From the NCBI RefSeq assembly GCF_009914755.1, contig NC_060932.1: a stretch of 64,000 nt of DNA, one strand, 5' to 3'. How positions within the stretch are numbered: the first letter of the stretch is position 1; each line of letters opens with the position of its first letter. A program made the position numbers and the translations under genes. This DNA is from the human T2T-CHM13v2.0 reference genome, Homo sapiens. Under the pieces are notes generated by a model. The model was given only the letters and a program-made list of their open reading frames with translations, was not told the origin of the DNA and searched no databases. Shown in pieces: positions 50,669-62,545 of the stretch.

Positions 50669-51628
50669 CCAAAGCAAATAGATAACAGTAACAGATCCAA
50701 GTAGATATTATTCCAACTGTATCAGTACTCACTTTATGTGTTAATGATCTAAATATGCCATTAAAATACAGACTGTCAGAGAGGATTGAAAAATAAGACC
50801 CAACTATGTGTTGTCTAGAAGAAACCCAATTTAAATACAAAGACAGAGATGGAGTAAGATATATTATGCTAACACTAATAAAAAGAAAACTAAAGAAGCT
50901 ATATTAATTTCGGACAAACCTGACATCAGAGCAAGGAAAATTGCCATAGATAAAGAGGAGCATTACATGATAAAGGAGTCAGTCTTCAAGAAGACAACAA
51001 TCCTTAACGTGTGTCTAGCTACAGATCATCAAAATACATGAGGCAAAACTGAAAGAACTTCAAGGAGAAATAGATAAATCCACTATTATAGCTGGAGACT
51101 TTAACAGCCTTCTACCATTAATGGACAGATACAGCAGCCAAAAAAATCAGAAAGGCCATAGTTTAACTGAACAGCAACATCAATCAACAGGATCTTATCG
51201 ACATTTACAAAATGCTTCATGAAACAACAGCAGAATACACATTCTTCTCAAGCTCACACAGAGCATTCACCAGATCGGCTACATTCAGAGCCACAAAATA
51301 CAGATTAACAATTTAAAAGAATAGAAATCACACAATTTCTGCCTCAGACAAAAATGGAATTAACAGACATCAGTAACAGAAAGATAGCTAAAAACTCCCC
51401 CAAATACTTGAAGATAAAACACACTTCTATATGACATAAGAGTCAAAAATAAGTCTTCAGATTAATTTTAAAGTATTTTGATCTAATGCAAACGAAAATG
51501 CAATTTCTTGTAATATGTGGGATGCAGTGAGAACAGTGCCCAGAGGGAAATATATAGCATTGAATGCATGTATTTAAAAAGAAGAGAGACCTAAAATCAA
51601 TAACCTAAGCATCCACCTAAGAAATCAG

Positions 51629-51659
<31 letters not shown>

Positions 51660-51685
51660 AAATTAAATCCAAAGTATAAAGAAGG

Positions 51686-51817
51686 GGCCAGGCCTGGTGG
51701 CTCATGCCTGTAATCCTAGCAATTTGGGAGGTTGTGGAAGGAAGATTGCTTGAGGCCCCAGAGTTCAAGACCAACCTGGGTGAGACGCTATCTCTACAAA
51801 AAAAATTAAAAATAAAA
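51686..51817 (+). mobile_element. Free left Alu monomer (FLAM-like) inside L1 ORF2
   Basis: ggccaggcctggtggctcatgcctgtaatcc...tctctacaaaaaaaa with no right monomer. Confidence 0.85.
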
Positions 51818-54800
51818 AGGGATAAAATAAATATTAAAAATTATAGCAGAAATCAATAAAATTGAAAACAGGAAATCAAATGAGAAAATTTTAAAAACCA
51901 AGAGCTGATTCTCTGAAAAGATCAATAAAATTGATAAACCACTAGCAAGCAAGCTAAGGAAATAAAAGAAGATACAAATTATTAATATCAGAAATGAAAG
52001 AGGGATCTCTCTATGACATTGCAGAAATTAAACAAATAATAAGGAAATTATAAAAAAACTCCATACCCAAATTTGATAACTTACATAAAATGGACCTATT
52101 CTTTGAAAGACAAAATCTACCAAAACTCAAAGAGAAATAGAGAATCTGAATAGGCCTATATCTATTAAAGAAATTGAGTCAATAATTAATAATCTTTCAT
52201 AAGAGAAAGCACCAGGTCCAAATGGGTTCACTGCCAAATTTTATCAAACCTATAAGGAAGAAATTGGGCCAATTTTTGCAATCTCTTCCAGAAGATAGAA
52301 GCAGAGAGAACACTTCCTAACTCATTTTGTGAGGCCAGCATTACTCTAATACCGAATCCAGATAAAGACATTACAAGAAAAGAAAACTACAGACTCATGA
52401 GCATAGATGTAAAAGTCCTCAACAATACGTTGGCAAATAAAATCCAACTATCTATCTATCTATGCATTTATCTATCTTCTATCTATATTTAAGAATTATA
52501 CACTATGGCTAAGTAAAATTTATTCCAGATACACAAGACTGATTTAAACATCAAAAAATCAATTAATGTAATCCATCATATCAATAGATTAAAGAAGAAA
52601 ATTCACAGGATCCTACCAAGAGATGCAGAAAAAGCATTTGACAAAATCTGACACCCATCCATAAGAAAAACTGTTGGCAAATGAGAAATAAAGGGGAATT
52701 TCCTCAACTTGATAAAGAGCATCTACAAAAAACCTACATCTAACATTATACTTAAGGGTGAGAAACTAGATGCTTTCCACTAAGATCGGTAAGAAGGTAA
52801 AGATGTTCCTTCTCATCACTGGTATTCAATATCATATTGGAAGTAATAGATAGCATAGTAAAATAAGAAAATGAGATTTTAAAGTATACAGATTAGGAAA
52901 GAAGACATAAAATTGTCTTCGTGTATTTATGACATGATGGCTTATTTAGGAAATCTCAAAGAATCAATAACAATAAAAAATGTCTGGAACTAATAAGCAA
53001 CTATAAAGTGGTTCCAGGATATAAGGTTAATATACCAAAGTCAATTTTTTCCTATATGCCAGCAAAGAACAGTAGAAGTTTAAAATTAAAAACCAATATC
53101 ATTTATGTTAGCATTAAAAAATAAAATACTTAGGTACAAATCTAACAAAATACATACGAGAACATTATCAGGAAAACCACAAGCCTCTGACAAAAGAAAC
53201 CAATGATCTAAATAAATGGAGAGTTATTTCATGTTAATGGATAGGAAGATTCAATACTGTTAAGATGTCTGTTTCTCCCAGGTTGATTTATAAATGTAAT
53301 GCAATCTCAATTAAAATCTCAGCCAGTTATTTTGTGAATATTGACAAACCGACTCTCATGTTTATATGGAAATATAAACAATCCCAAATAGCCAGCATCA
53401 TATTGAAGGAGATAAACTAAGTCAGAGGATAGATACTGCTCAACTTCAAAACGTACTATAAAGCTAGAGCAATCAAAAGAGTGTGCTATTGGCAAAAGAA
53501 CAAACAAGTAGATCAGTGGAACAGAATAGAGATCTCAAAAATAGACCCAAAGAAATATAATTAACTGATCTCGCCAAAGAAACAAAGGTGATTCAATGGA
53601 GAAAGGCAAGTCTTTTCACAAAATGCTGCTGAAACAAATGCACATGTACATGTAAAAAATATTAAGTCTAGACACTGACCTTATACCTTTCACAAAAATT
53701 AATTCCAAATGGCTCATAATTCTAAATGTAAAATATGATACTATAAAATTCCTTGAAGAAAACAGGTGAAACGTATGTGACCTTCAATTTGGCAATGACT
53801 TTTTAGATGAAGCCCCTAAAGGCATGATTTCTGAAAGAAATAATTGATAAGTGGGGCCTCATTGAAATTAAATAATTTTGCTTGTGAGGCAGACATTGTC
53901 GATGCAAAGACAAATCATATGCTGGTAAAATATGTTTGCAAGACACATATCTGATAAAGGACTGATATCCAAAATAAACAACTCCTAAATGTCAACAGTA
54001 AGAAAACCCAATAGAAATATGGGCAAAAGATCTGAACAGACACCTCACCAAATGAAATACTAATGGCGAATAAGCATATGAAAAGATGCTCACTGTCATG
54101 TGCCATTAGGGAATTACAAATTAAAACAACAATAAGATACCGCTGCAAACCTAACAGAATGGCCCAATTTGAAACTATACCAGACATTATTGCAAAAGAG
54201 GAAAGAAACTACCTATATTAGGACTATTTAGTCTCTATTGACAGAAACCCATTTCAGACAGGTAAAGTGCAATTAAAATATACTGGTTGAAATAGCTGGA
54301 AAGAATACCTAGGTAGCTGGTGAAGTACAAGAGTGATTCTCAGAAACAAGAGCCTTATTTTGAAGACATTCTTTTTCTTCCTTCATTGTCTTATTTCTAT
54401 TTGCCCCAGCATAACCTTTTACTTCTGAAGTCTCTGATGAGTACTCCCAAATAACGGCAACTTTCTTCCTAAGAATCTGAACAAACAAAGAATCAAAACG
54501 AACAAACAAAAAAATGCCCTAAGGTTGACCCAAATACCATTTTTGTTATTGAGAAAGGCTAGGCGAGAGGATGTTGCTTCAAGTGGAAGGCAAATGGGAC
54601 TGTGAATTTCAGAATTAGGTAGATTTACTCACCCAGACAACGCTGGGTGGGCTATTTTGTCTTCTGCATGGCATGCAGCTGGTTTCCAAGAGGACGAAGA
54701 GCAGAAAAGGAGAAAGCAGCTTGCCTTTCTGTCCTGCCCCTGGAGGAGCAAAGCTCAATGTAGGGTTTCATTTACCTAGGTTGTCTTCCCACACCTACCA

Positions 54801-57800
54801 GGTCAGATGTAGTTCAGCTTCCCTGAGTCTGAGTGCATGAGGGTAAAAGGCCAAAAGTGTTTATGGGAAATTCCTTCCTCATGGTAACCATAGGGGTAGA
54901 GACAAGAACCTTCCCCTCTATCACATCTACAGTCCCACTTTCTGTATGTGGTGAAAGTATGGTACCAGCAGCTTTAGACTTCTTTCCTCATACCTTTGCA
55001 CCTCCAGAACAATGAAAACATCTTTATCTCAATGTCCTTATAACAATCCCACAAAATTGATCTGATTGAGCTTGCATGGGCCACCTGCCAATCCCTACTA
55101 CAATTACTACATCCAAGAGAATAGGACCTAGTGGTTGGCTATGCCCGGATCGGCACCCATTCCTGAATACGGATGAGCAGGGACTATCTCTAGAAGAAAA
55201 GAGATATGAAAATTTGCTGAAGAATCTGCAATGCTCACCATTTTGAATAGTGGATTCAGAAATATGCAATTATTGTTACATCTAACCTCTAAAATCACCC
55301 TGCAGTAGGTTAAAGGAAAAGGCAATAATGGCCTGGCACATTGTAGGTGCTCAACAGATGTTTCATGGATGCATACACAAATGGAACAAAACATCCAATC
55401 CTGTGAGATTGACACTACTATGCCCACTTTACAAAGGAAAACAGGATCAAAAGAGGTTTAGAAACTTGTTCAAATTTATAAAAATAGAAAATGGAGGACC
55501 CCAGGATTCAAACCCAGGCCTCATAGCAAGGCACACTGTCTGGGGTATTACTATTAGTCAGTACCAAAATTTGGGTAGTCAGTGCTCATTCATAGTCTCC
55601 ATGTTATCCCTGAGTTGCCTTTTCTCCCTCACTCCATATACTGAAGTTCCTAACAAGACAACTTCTACTCTGGATACTAACTGGCCCCTTCCAAGCGATT
55701 TCTCAAATCTTAAGATTCTGATATAATAGGAGTTGAGTGGGACTCAGAAATCTGCAGTTTGGCCTCAGCTATGATGTGGGAACTCATAAAGAGGTCTGCA
55801 AAGCCACCGTCTGGTCACCACAACTTTCAATGGCCTCGTCTTTAATTATGCCATCTTCCAAATCTTGCCCAAGTTCATCTCATTGACAAAGTCTACCCAG
55901 AACAACCCAAGAAAAACAGCTGGGGTGGTGCATTGACTACAGATAATCCAATCCCTTCCCACACACGCACACAAACACCTCCATATCCACTTTCAGGGGA
56001 CATTTGGGTGGTCTGCACCCATTCACGGATGATCACTGATTAGGAATCTTCAACATTAGGTAGAAATTGCCATACAAAAGAAAACATTCCAAATATAGAG
56101 ACAAGGCATGGAGAGAGCCATTGCCTTCGTTGCATATGAATGCTTCAATTCCAGCTATAACATTCCTGCAAACTGGTAGTTCAGATGTTTCTTACAAACC
56201 TTCAGGTATGAGCAATGTGCTTCCCTGATTGTGTAGACCATTTATATTGGCCCTAAAGCCATCTAACTCTTGCTCCTACCTACCGGTCCTGGTTTAATCC
56301 TAAACCATAAATATATTAAATCTAAGCATTATTCCAAATGGTAGCCCTGCAAATATTTGAAGGCACTGGTCATATTCTCTGGAGGCTTCTCTTTTCCAGG
56401 CTGTTACCAACTTCAAGCATGGCTTATTTGACATGGTTGGAGTCCCTTGATGAGTTCAGCCTCCATGTATTTACCCAATAAATATTTATCAGATATCTTT
56501 GATTGCAGGAAACCAAATACTTTCCAGAGAAAGAATTAGACACTCTGATTTCCAGTACTCGCTCTGTGCCTTAGCTCTAGATGACCTTGGGGAAATTTAT
56601 CTCATTAACATCATCAGAGGGTCTCATTAGAATCTCTAAATTCCATTCTATGGCACCATGCATCTCTTCCATCTAGAGCTCTTTCTTCTTTTCCCCTTGT
56701 CATTAAATCATTCTGTTTTCTTCCCGGTCTTTCTGATCCCTCTGTCTATTCCCTCTTGCATGTTGTTTATGTTTCATAGATTCAGTATGGTTTTGGTTTT
56801 TTTGTCTCCTTATATCTCTCTGTCTCCCTTTCTGTCTCCCTGTGTCTCTCTCACCTTGGAGAACAGTGAATAAACAAAAGTTTGAGGGAGGGAAAAAATC
56901 AAAATCAGGACAGGTCATCTCTGGCTGAAATTCTCAGCAGCCAATGGCAAGTTTTCTGCCAACCAAATTCAGCCCTATTAATTTGCTGTATCCATCCAGA
57001 TTCCCAGACCATAGTCTTTTCCTCCTAACTAGCAGGCAACATAAGACCTGCGAGGGCAGGGATACTGGAAAAGTTACTGTGCCAAAAGCTAATGGCCTAT
57101 GAAATGAAAATGCTCAGCCCACCTGCTCCACATGATCACCTCACAGTGGGAACCTGCAGCTGGCCTAGGCCAATGCTGGGGAAAGCAGGAGGAGACTTGT
57201 CCCAGATCTGAGTCAACATAGAAGACCAGGAAAGTCTGCCAAATGCAAATAGCTCAGGCCAATATTCTTTCCTCACTTGTGTCATCCAACCCTCCATATA
57301 TGTCCACAGTATGAGATTCAAAGGTCCCCAAAGAGTCAACAGATGTGAGTTTGATTCACAGCTTTGCCACTAATTGACTATGACCTTGGGTAGGTCACTT
57401 CCCCTCTCTGGGTCATCATGTTTTCATCTATAAAGGGAGAAGCGCAAACTCATCATCTATTTCTAGAGTTGCTTTAATTGCTAGGTTGTTGTAAAGGGAT
57501 TTGGCCAATTTTGTTTTCATGTAATTTTGATATCTGTTGCCTATCCATCAACATTTATAGTGCTTTTCCATAGGATTAAAAAGCCAAGAAAAAATGAAAA
57601 AAATCAGGGAAAGTAAAGTTACAAGAAAAAATATGTATTCCCCCATTCTTACAAAGAAATCTAAGTAGTTACAAAGGAGTCAGAGACTTTACACTCCCTC
57701 TTTGAGCTATGCAGATATCTGATCTGCAGGGGCTGTCCCCAAAACCCTATGTTTTCTCAACATACTAAATGCTCAGTATACTAAATGTACCACTCACGGT

Positions 57801-58624
57801 ACTCATCCCTTCTGCCTCAAACTACGGGCCCATGTGCAATTCACTCCTCAGGGAAGGAGCACTACCAGTCTTTGCTCAGAGGAGAGTAATTGAACCAAGA
57901 AGGAAATCTGACCCAAAATGTCCCATCAATAGCCTGGTCAGTGATCCCTGAAGTAGCCTGGAGCAAAAACCTGAAGGAGGGAAGGAGTAATCAGCAAAGC
58001 CACTTATACAAGTCTCCTCTGCAATTTGCTATGGAGGTGACTGAGAATACTGGCTAGCAAGTGAAAGAATTGGGCAGAGACACAGAAAGAAATAGAGGTG
58101 CCTGGAGACTATCTAATTAATGAGAAAGACAGACAATAGCCATCCCTGCATCCAGGGTGCTCCTGGCAGTGTCTCAGGTCAGCAGCATTCCAATATGCAT
58201 TAATCCTTACCATACCGCTCTTTCTTAAGGCATCCCGAAGAAAGCAGACCACCTGTGAGTGACAGTGAAAATACCCTTTTGGTAGAATTTGACTTGATGC
58301 TAATAATTCAAGGCCTTATAGCATCACACCTGTGTGACTTAAATGGACTACCAAGATTCCAGGATAGGTGACACAAAAAACACTGACTTCTCATCTACTT
58401 AAGCTAGTTGGAGCTGAGGTTCTGTTGTATGTAAATAATGTTCTTTGACTGCCAGCACCTCCGTTTTCCAGATTTGTAATCTGAAACAAATGAAGTCAGC
58501 TACTCATCTGTATCAGGGAAATGATAGTAGTTGAGAGAGCTCTTGTGAAGAATGAGTATTGTACACATCTCAGCTTGCAGTCCACAACACATGCGCATGC
58601 TATTATGCATCCCAAATTTTTTAT

Positions 58625-59423
58625 TGATACAGAAGGTAGGCAAGTAAGTGCTCAGAAGGGAAGGGTGCAGTCCCTGGTGAGGACTCCACCACTGGTCTGT
58701 GCACAGGGACCCAGATGAGGACAGGCACTCCTGCCTTGGCACCCAAATGTTGCATTTCCCAAGACCACCCTGGCCTACCACACCCCCATCCTGTGCCTGT
58801 AAAAACCCCAAGACCCCAGCAGGCAGACACACAAGCAGCTGGACGTCAAAAGAAACACATCAACCGAGGAACACACAAGCTGCTGGACATCGAGAGGATG
58901 TGGAGAGCACACTGGCAGATGCCGGTAGGCCAGCAGGCCATCAACTGGGGGAACGATGTAGAGTTTCACCTGGAAAGTCAGAGGAGAGCCCAGGAGGCTG
59001 AGGGGTCCAACTCCAGGGGAAAACCATCTCCCTTCTGGCTCTCCCATCTGCTGAGAGCTACTTCCACTCAGTAAAACCTTGCACTCATTCTCCAAGCCAA
59101 CGTGTGATCTGATTCTTCCAGTACATCAAGACGAGAACTTGGGATACAGAAAGTCCTCTGTCTTTGCAATAAGGCAGGGGTCTAATTAAGCTGACTAACA
59201 CAAGCTGCCTACACACGGCTTAACTAAAATAGCACCCTGTAACACACGCCCACTGGGGCTTCAGCTGTAAACATTCACCCCTAGACATTGCCATGGGATC
59301 GAAGCCCCACAGCCTGCCCATCTGTGTGTTCTCCTAGAGGTTTGAGCAGCAGGATACTGAAGAAGTGAGCCACATACCCATCGCACGCCCTGAGAGGGGG
59401 ACAAGGGAACCTTTCCAATTTCA
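58625..59423 (+). mobile_element. LTR1-family solo LTR (ERV1)
   Basis: TG...CA termini, TSD ttat/ctat; cccaaatgttgcatttcccaagaccaccctggcc and gggacaagggaacctttcc match the recalled LTR1 consensus. Confidence 0.85.
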
Positions 59424-59660
59424 CTATTGCATATAATATTGATATAAATTGAGGGACAAAGAGCTATTTTCCATTCTTTTATATTATTGAACATTTAGGG
59501 TTTTTTTTCCATTTTTGCATAAAGCTATAAAACTACAGAATCAAGTCATATGAAAAACAATGGTATCCTCAATCAAGACAAGGATTACCACTTCTATTTA
59601 AATATGAATGCAAATATGTTGCAAAGGGTAGGATATTTTAGTGGGTTATGTAGTGGTTAT

Positions 59661-60059
59661 TGTCAGGCCTCTGAGCCCAAGCTAAGACATCATATCCCCT
59701 GTGACCTGCACATACACATCCACATGGCCGGTTCCTGCCTTAACTGATGACATTCCACCACAAAAGAAGTGAAAATGGCCTGTTCCTGCCTTTACTGATG
59801 ACATTGTCGTGAAATTCCTTCTCCTGGCTCATCCTGGCTCAAAAGCTCCCCCACTGAGTACCTTGTGACCCCCCACTCCTGCCCGCCAGAGAACAACCCC
59901 CCTTTCTCCTTTACCTACCCAAATCCTATAAAACGGCCCCACCCCTATCTCCCTTCGCTGACTCTTTTCAGACTCAGCCTGCCTGCACCCAGTTGATTAA
60001 AAGCTTTATTACTCACACAAAGCCTGTTTAGTGGTCTCTTCACACGGACACACATGAAA
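59661..60059 (+). mobile_element. LTR7, 5' LTR of HERV-H
   Basis: tgtcaggcctctgagcccaagctaag...catgaaa; two type I U3 repeats (gttcctgccttaactgatgacatt, second copy with one mismatch); TATA 59927-59933; GT/KLF box ggccccacccc 59935-59945; ATTAAA 59996-60001. Confidence 0.97.
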
Positions 60060-60061
60060 TT

Positions 60062-60079
60062 TGGTGCTGTGACTCAGAT
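60062..60079 (+). promoter_or_regulatory. Primer binding site, tRNA-His
   Basis: TGGTGCTGTGACTCAGAT versus canonical TGGTGCCGTGACTCGGAT (two CpG-decay changes). Confidence 0.93.
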
Positions 60080-60200
60080 CAGGGGACCTCCCTTGGGAGA
60101 TCAATCCCCTGTCCTCTGGCTCTTTGCTCCATGAAAAAGGTCCACCTATGACCTCAGGTCCTCAGACCGACCAGCCCAAGAAACATCTCACCAATTTCAA

Positions 60201-60211
60201 ATCTGGTAAGC
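60201..60211 (+). promoter_or_regulatory. HERV-H major splice donor
   Basis: aaatctg|GTAAGc at 60205/60206, ~150 nt downstream of the LTR, the position known for the HERV-H donor. Confidence 0.8.
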
Positions 60212-61772
60212 GGCCTCTTTTTACTCTCTTCTCCAACCTCCCTCACTATCCCTCAACCTCTTTCTCCTTTCAATCTTGGCGCCACACTTCAATCTCCCCC
60301 TTCTCTTAATTTCAGTTCCTTTCATTTTCTGGTAGAGACAAAGGAGACACGTTTTATCCATGGACCCAAAACTCCGGCACTGGTCATGAACTAGGGAAGG
60401 CAGCCTTCCCTTGGTGTTTAATCATCACAGGGATGCCTCTGATTATTCACCCAGGTTCCAGTGGTGTCAGACCACGCAGGGACGCCTGCCTTGGTCCTTC
60501 ACCCCTTAGTGGCAAGTCCCGCTTTTCTGGGGGAGGGGCAAGTACCCCAACCCCTTCTCTCCGTGTCTCTACCCCTTCTCTGCTTTTCTGGCGGAAGGGC
60601 AAGAACCCCTCAACTCCTTCACCTATAACCTTACTGGCAAGTCCCACTTTTCTAGGGGGCAAGAACACCCAATCCCTTATTTCCATGCCCCGACCTCTTA
60701 TCTCTGCACCCTGACCCTCTATTTCTGTGCCCTGACATCTTATCTCTGTGCCCCAACCCCTTATTTCCACACCCTGACCCCTTTCCTGCTTTTCTGGAGG
60801 GTAAGAACCCCCAAACCCCTTCCCTCCACATCTCTACTCTCTCTTTTCTCTGGGCTTGCTTCCTTCACTACAGGCAACCTTCCACCCTCCATTCCTCCTC
60901 CTTCTCCCTTAGCCTGTGTTCTCAGGAACTTAAAACCTCTTCAACTCACACGTGACCTAAAACCTAAATGCCTTATTTTCTTCTACAATGCTGCTTGATG
61001 CCAATACAAACTCGACAGTAGTTCCAAATAGCCAGAAAATGGCACTTCCATTTTTTCCATCCTACAAGGTCTAAATAATTCTTGTCGTAAAATAGGCAAA
61101 TAGTCTGAGGTGCCTGATATTCAGGCACTCTTTTACACAGCAGCCCCTCTCTAGTCTCTGTTCCCAATGCAACTAGTCCCAAATCTTCCTTCTTTCCCTG
61201 CTGCCTGTCCTTTCTGTCCCAACCCCAAGCATTGCTGAGTCTTTCTAATCTTCCTTTTCTACAGACCCATCTGAGCTCTCACCTCCTCACCAGGCTGAGC
61301 TAGGTCCCAATTCTTCCTCAGCCTCCGCTCCTCCACCCTATAATCCTTTTATCACCTCCCCTCCTCACACCCGGTCTGACTTACAGTTTCTTTCCATGAC
61401 CAGCCCTCCCCCACCTGCCCAGCAATTTACTCTTAAAAATGTGGCTGGAGCTAAAGGCATAGTCAAGGTTAATGCTCCTTTTTCTTTATCCCAAATCAGA
61501 TAGCATTTAGGCTCTTTTTCATCAAATATAAAAATCCAGCCCAGTTCATGGCTCATTTGGCAGCAACCCTGAGACGCTTTACAGCCCTAGACCCTAAAAG
61601 GTCAAAAGTCCATCTCATTCTCAATATACATTTTATTACCCAATCTGCTCCCGACATTAAATAAAACTCCAAAAATTAAATTCCAGCCCTCAAACCCCAC
61701 AACAGGACTTAATTAACCTCGCCTTCAAGGTGTACAATAATAGAGGCAGCCAAGCAGCAACATATTTCTGAG

Positions 61773-62000
61773 TTGCAATTCCTTGTCTCCACTGTGAGAC
61801 AAACCCCAGCCACATCTCCAGCACACAAGAACTTCCAAACACCTAAACCGCAGTGGCCAGGGGTTCCCCCAGAAGCACCTTCCCCAGGAGCTTGCTACAA
61901 GTGCCAGAAATCTGGCCACCAGGCCAAGGAATGCCCGCAGTCCTGGATTCCTCCTAAGCTGTGTCCTATCTGTGTAGGACCCCACTAGAAATCAGACTGT
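61773..62000 (+). pseudogene. gag: HERV-H gag remnant, nucleocapsid zinc knuckles
   Basis: CYKCQKSGHQAKEC and CPICVGPH*KSDC (second knuckle broken by a stop). Confidence 0.9.
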
Positions 62001-62154
62001 TCAACTCACCTGGCAGCCACTCCCAGAGCCCCTGGAACTCTGGCCCAAGGCTCTCTGACTGACTCCTTTCCAGATCTTCTCAGCTTAGCGGCTGAAGACT
62101 GATGCTGCCCCGATCACCTCAGAAGCCCCGTAGACCATCACGGATGCCGAGCTT

Positions 62155-62460
62155 TAGGTAACTCTCACAGTGGAAAGTAAGTCCGTCCCCTTCTTAATCA
62201 ATACGGAGGCTACCCACTCACATTACCTTCTTTTCAAGGGCCTGTTTCCCTTGCCTCCATAACTGTTGTAGGTATTAACAGCCAGGTTTCTAAAGCTCCT
62301 AAAACTCCCCAACTCTGTTGCCAACTTAGACAATACTCTTTTAAGCACTCCTTTTAATTATTCCCACCTGCCCAGTTCCCTTATTAGGCCGAGACACTTT
62401 AACTAAATTATCTGCTTCCCTGACTATTCCTAGATTACAGCTACATCTCATTGCCACCCT
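62155..62460 (+). pseudogene. pro: HERV-H protease remnant
   Basis: 62191-62220 FLINTEATHS (catalytic DTG altered to NTE); CPVPLLGRDTL downstream. Confidence 0.85.
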
Positions 62461-62545
62461 TCTTCCCAGTCCGAAGCCTCCTTTGCGTCCTCCTCTTGTA
62501 TTCCCCCACCTTAACCCACAAGTATAAGACACATCTACTCCCTCC

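Larger units (their letters stand above)
48250..54190 (+). mobile_element. Long ancient L1 (L1MD-type 5' end) with 5' UTR and degenerate ORF1 and ORF2; 3' UTR missing
   Basis: ORF1-like ~49330-50180; endonuclease start VSVLTLCVNDLNMP at 50719; RT region (gaaaaagcatttgacaaaat; gacatgatggcttattta); ORF2 C-terminus to ~54190; many stops and frameshifts. Confidence 0.9.

Noticed and set aside
50404-50840. Lys/Glu/Arg-rich and Phe/Leu/Ser-rich ORFs
   Set aside because: (GAAA)n repeat within L1.
58500-59095. Cluster of six overlapping ORFs
   Set aside because: Mostly within the GC-rich LTR1, where stop codons are scarce; no protein motifs.
60670-60790. Regularly spaced ~20-bp repeats (cttatttctgtgccc-like), superficially array-like
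   Set aside because: Known HERV-H leader tandem repeats with no unique spacers; not CRISPR.
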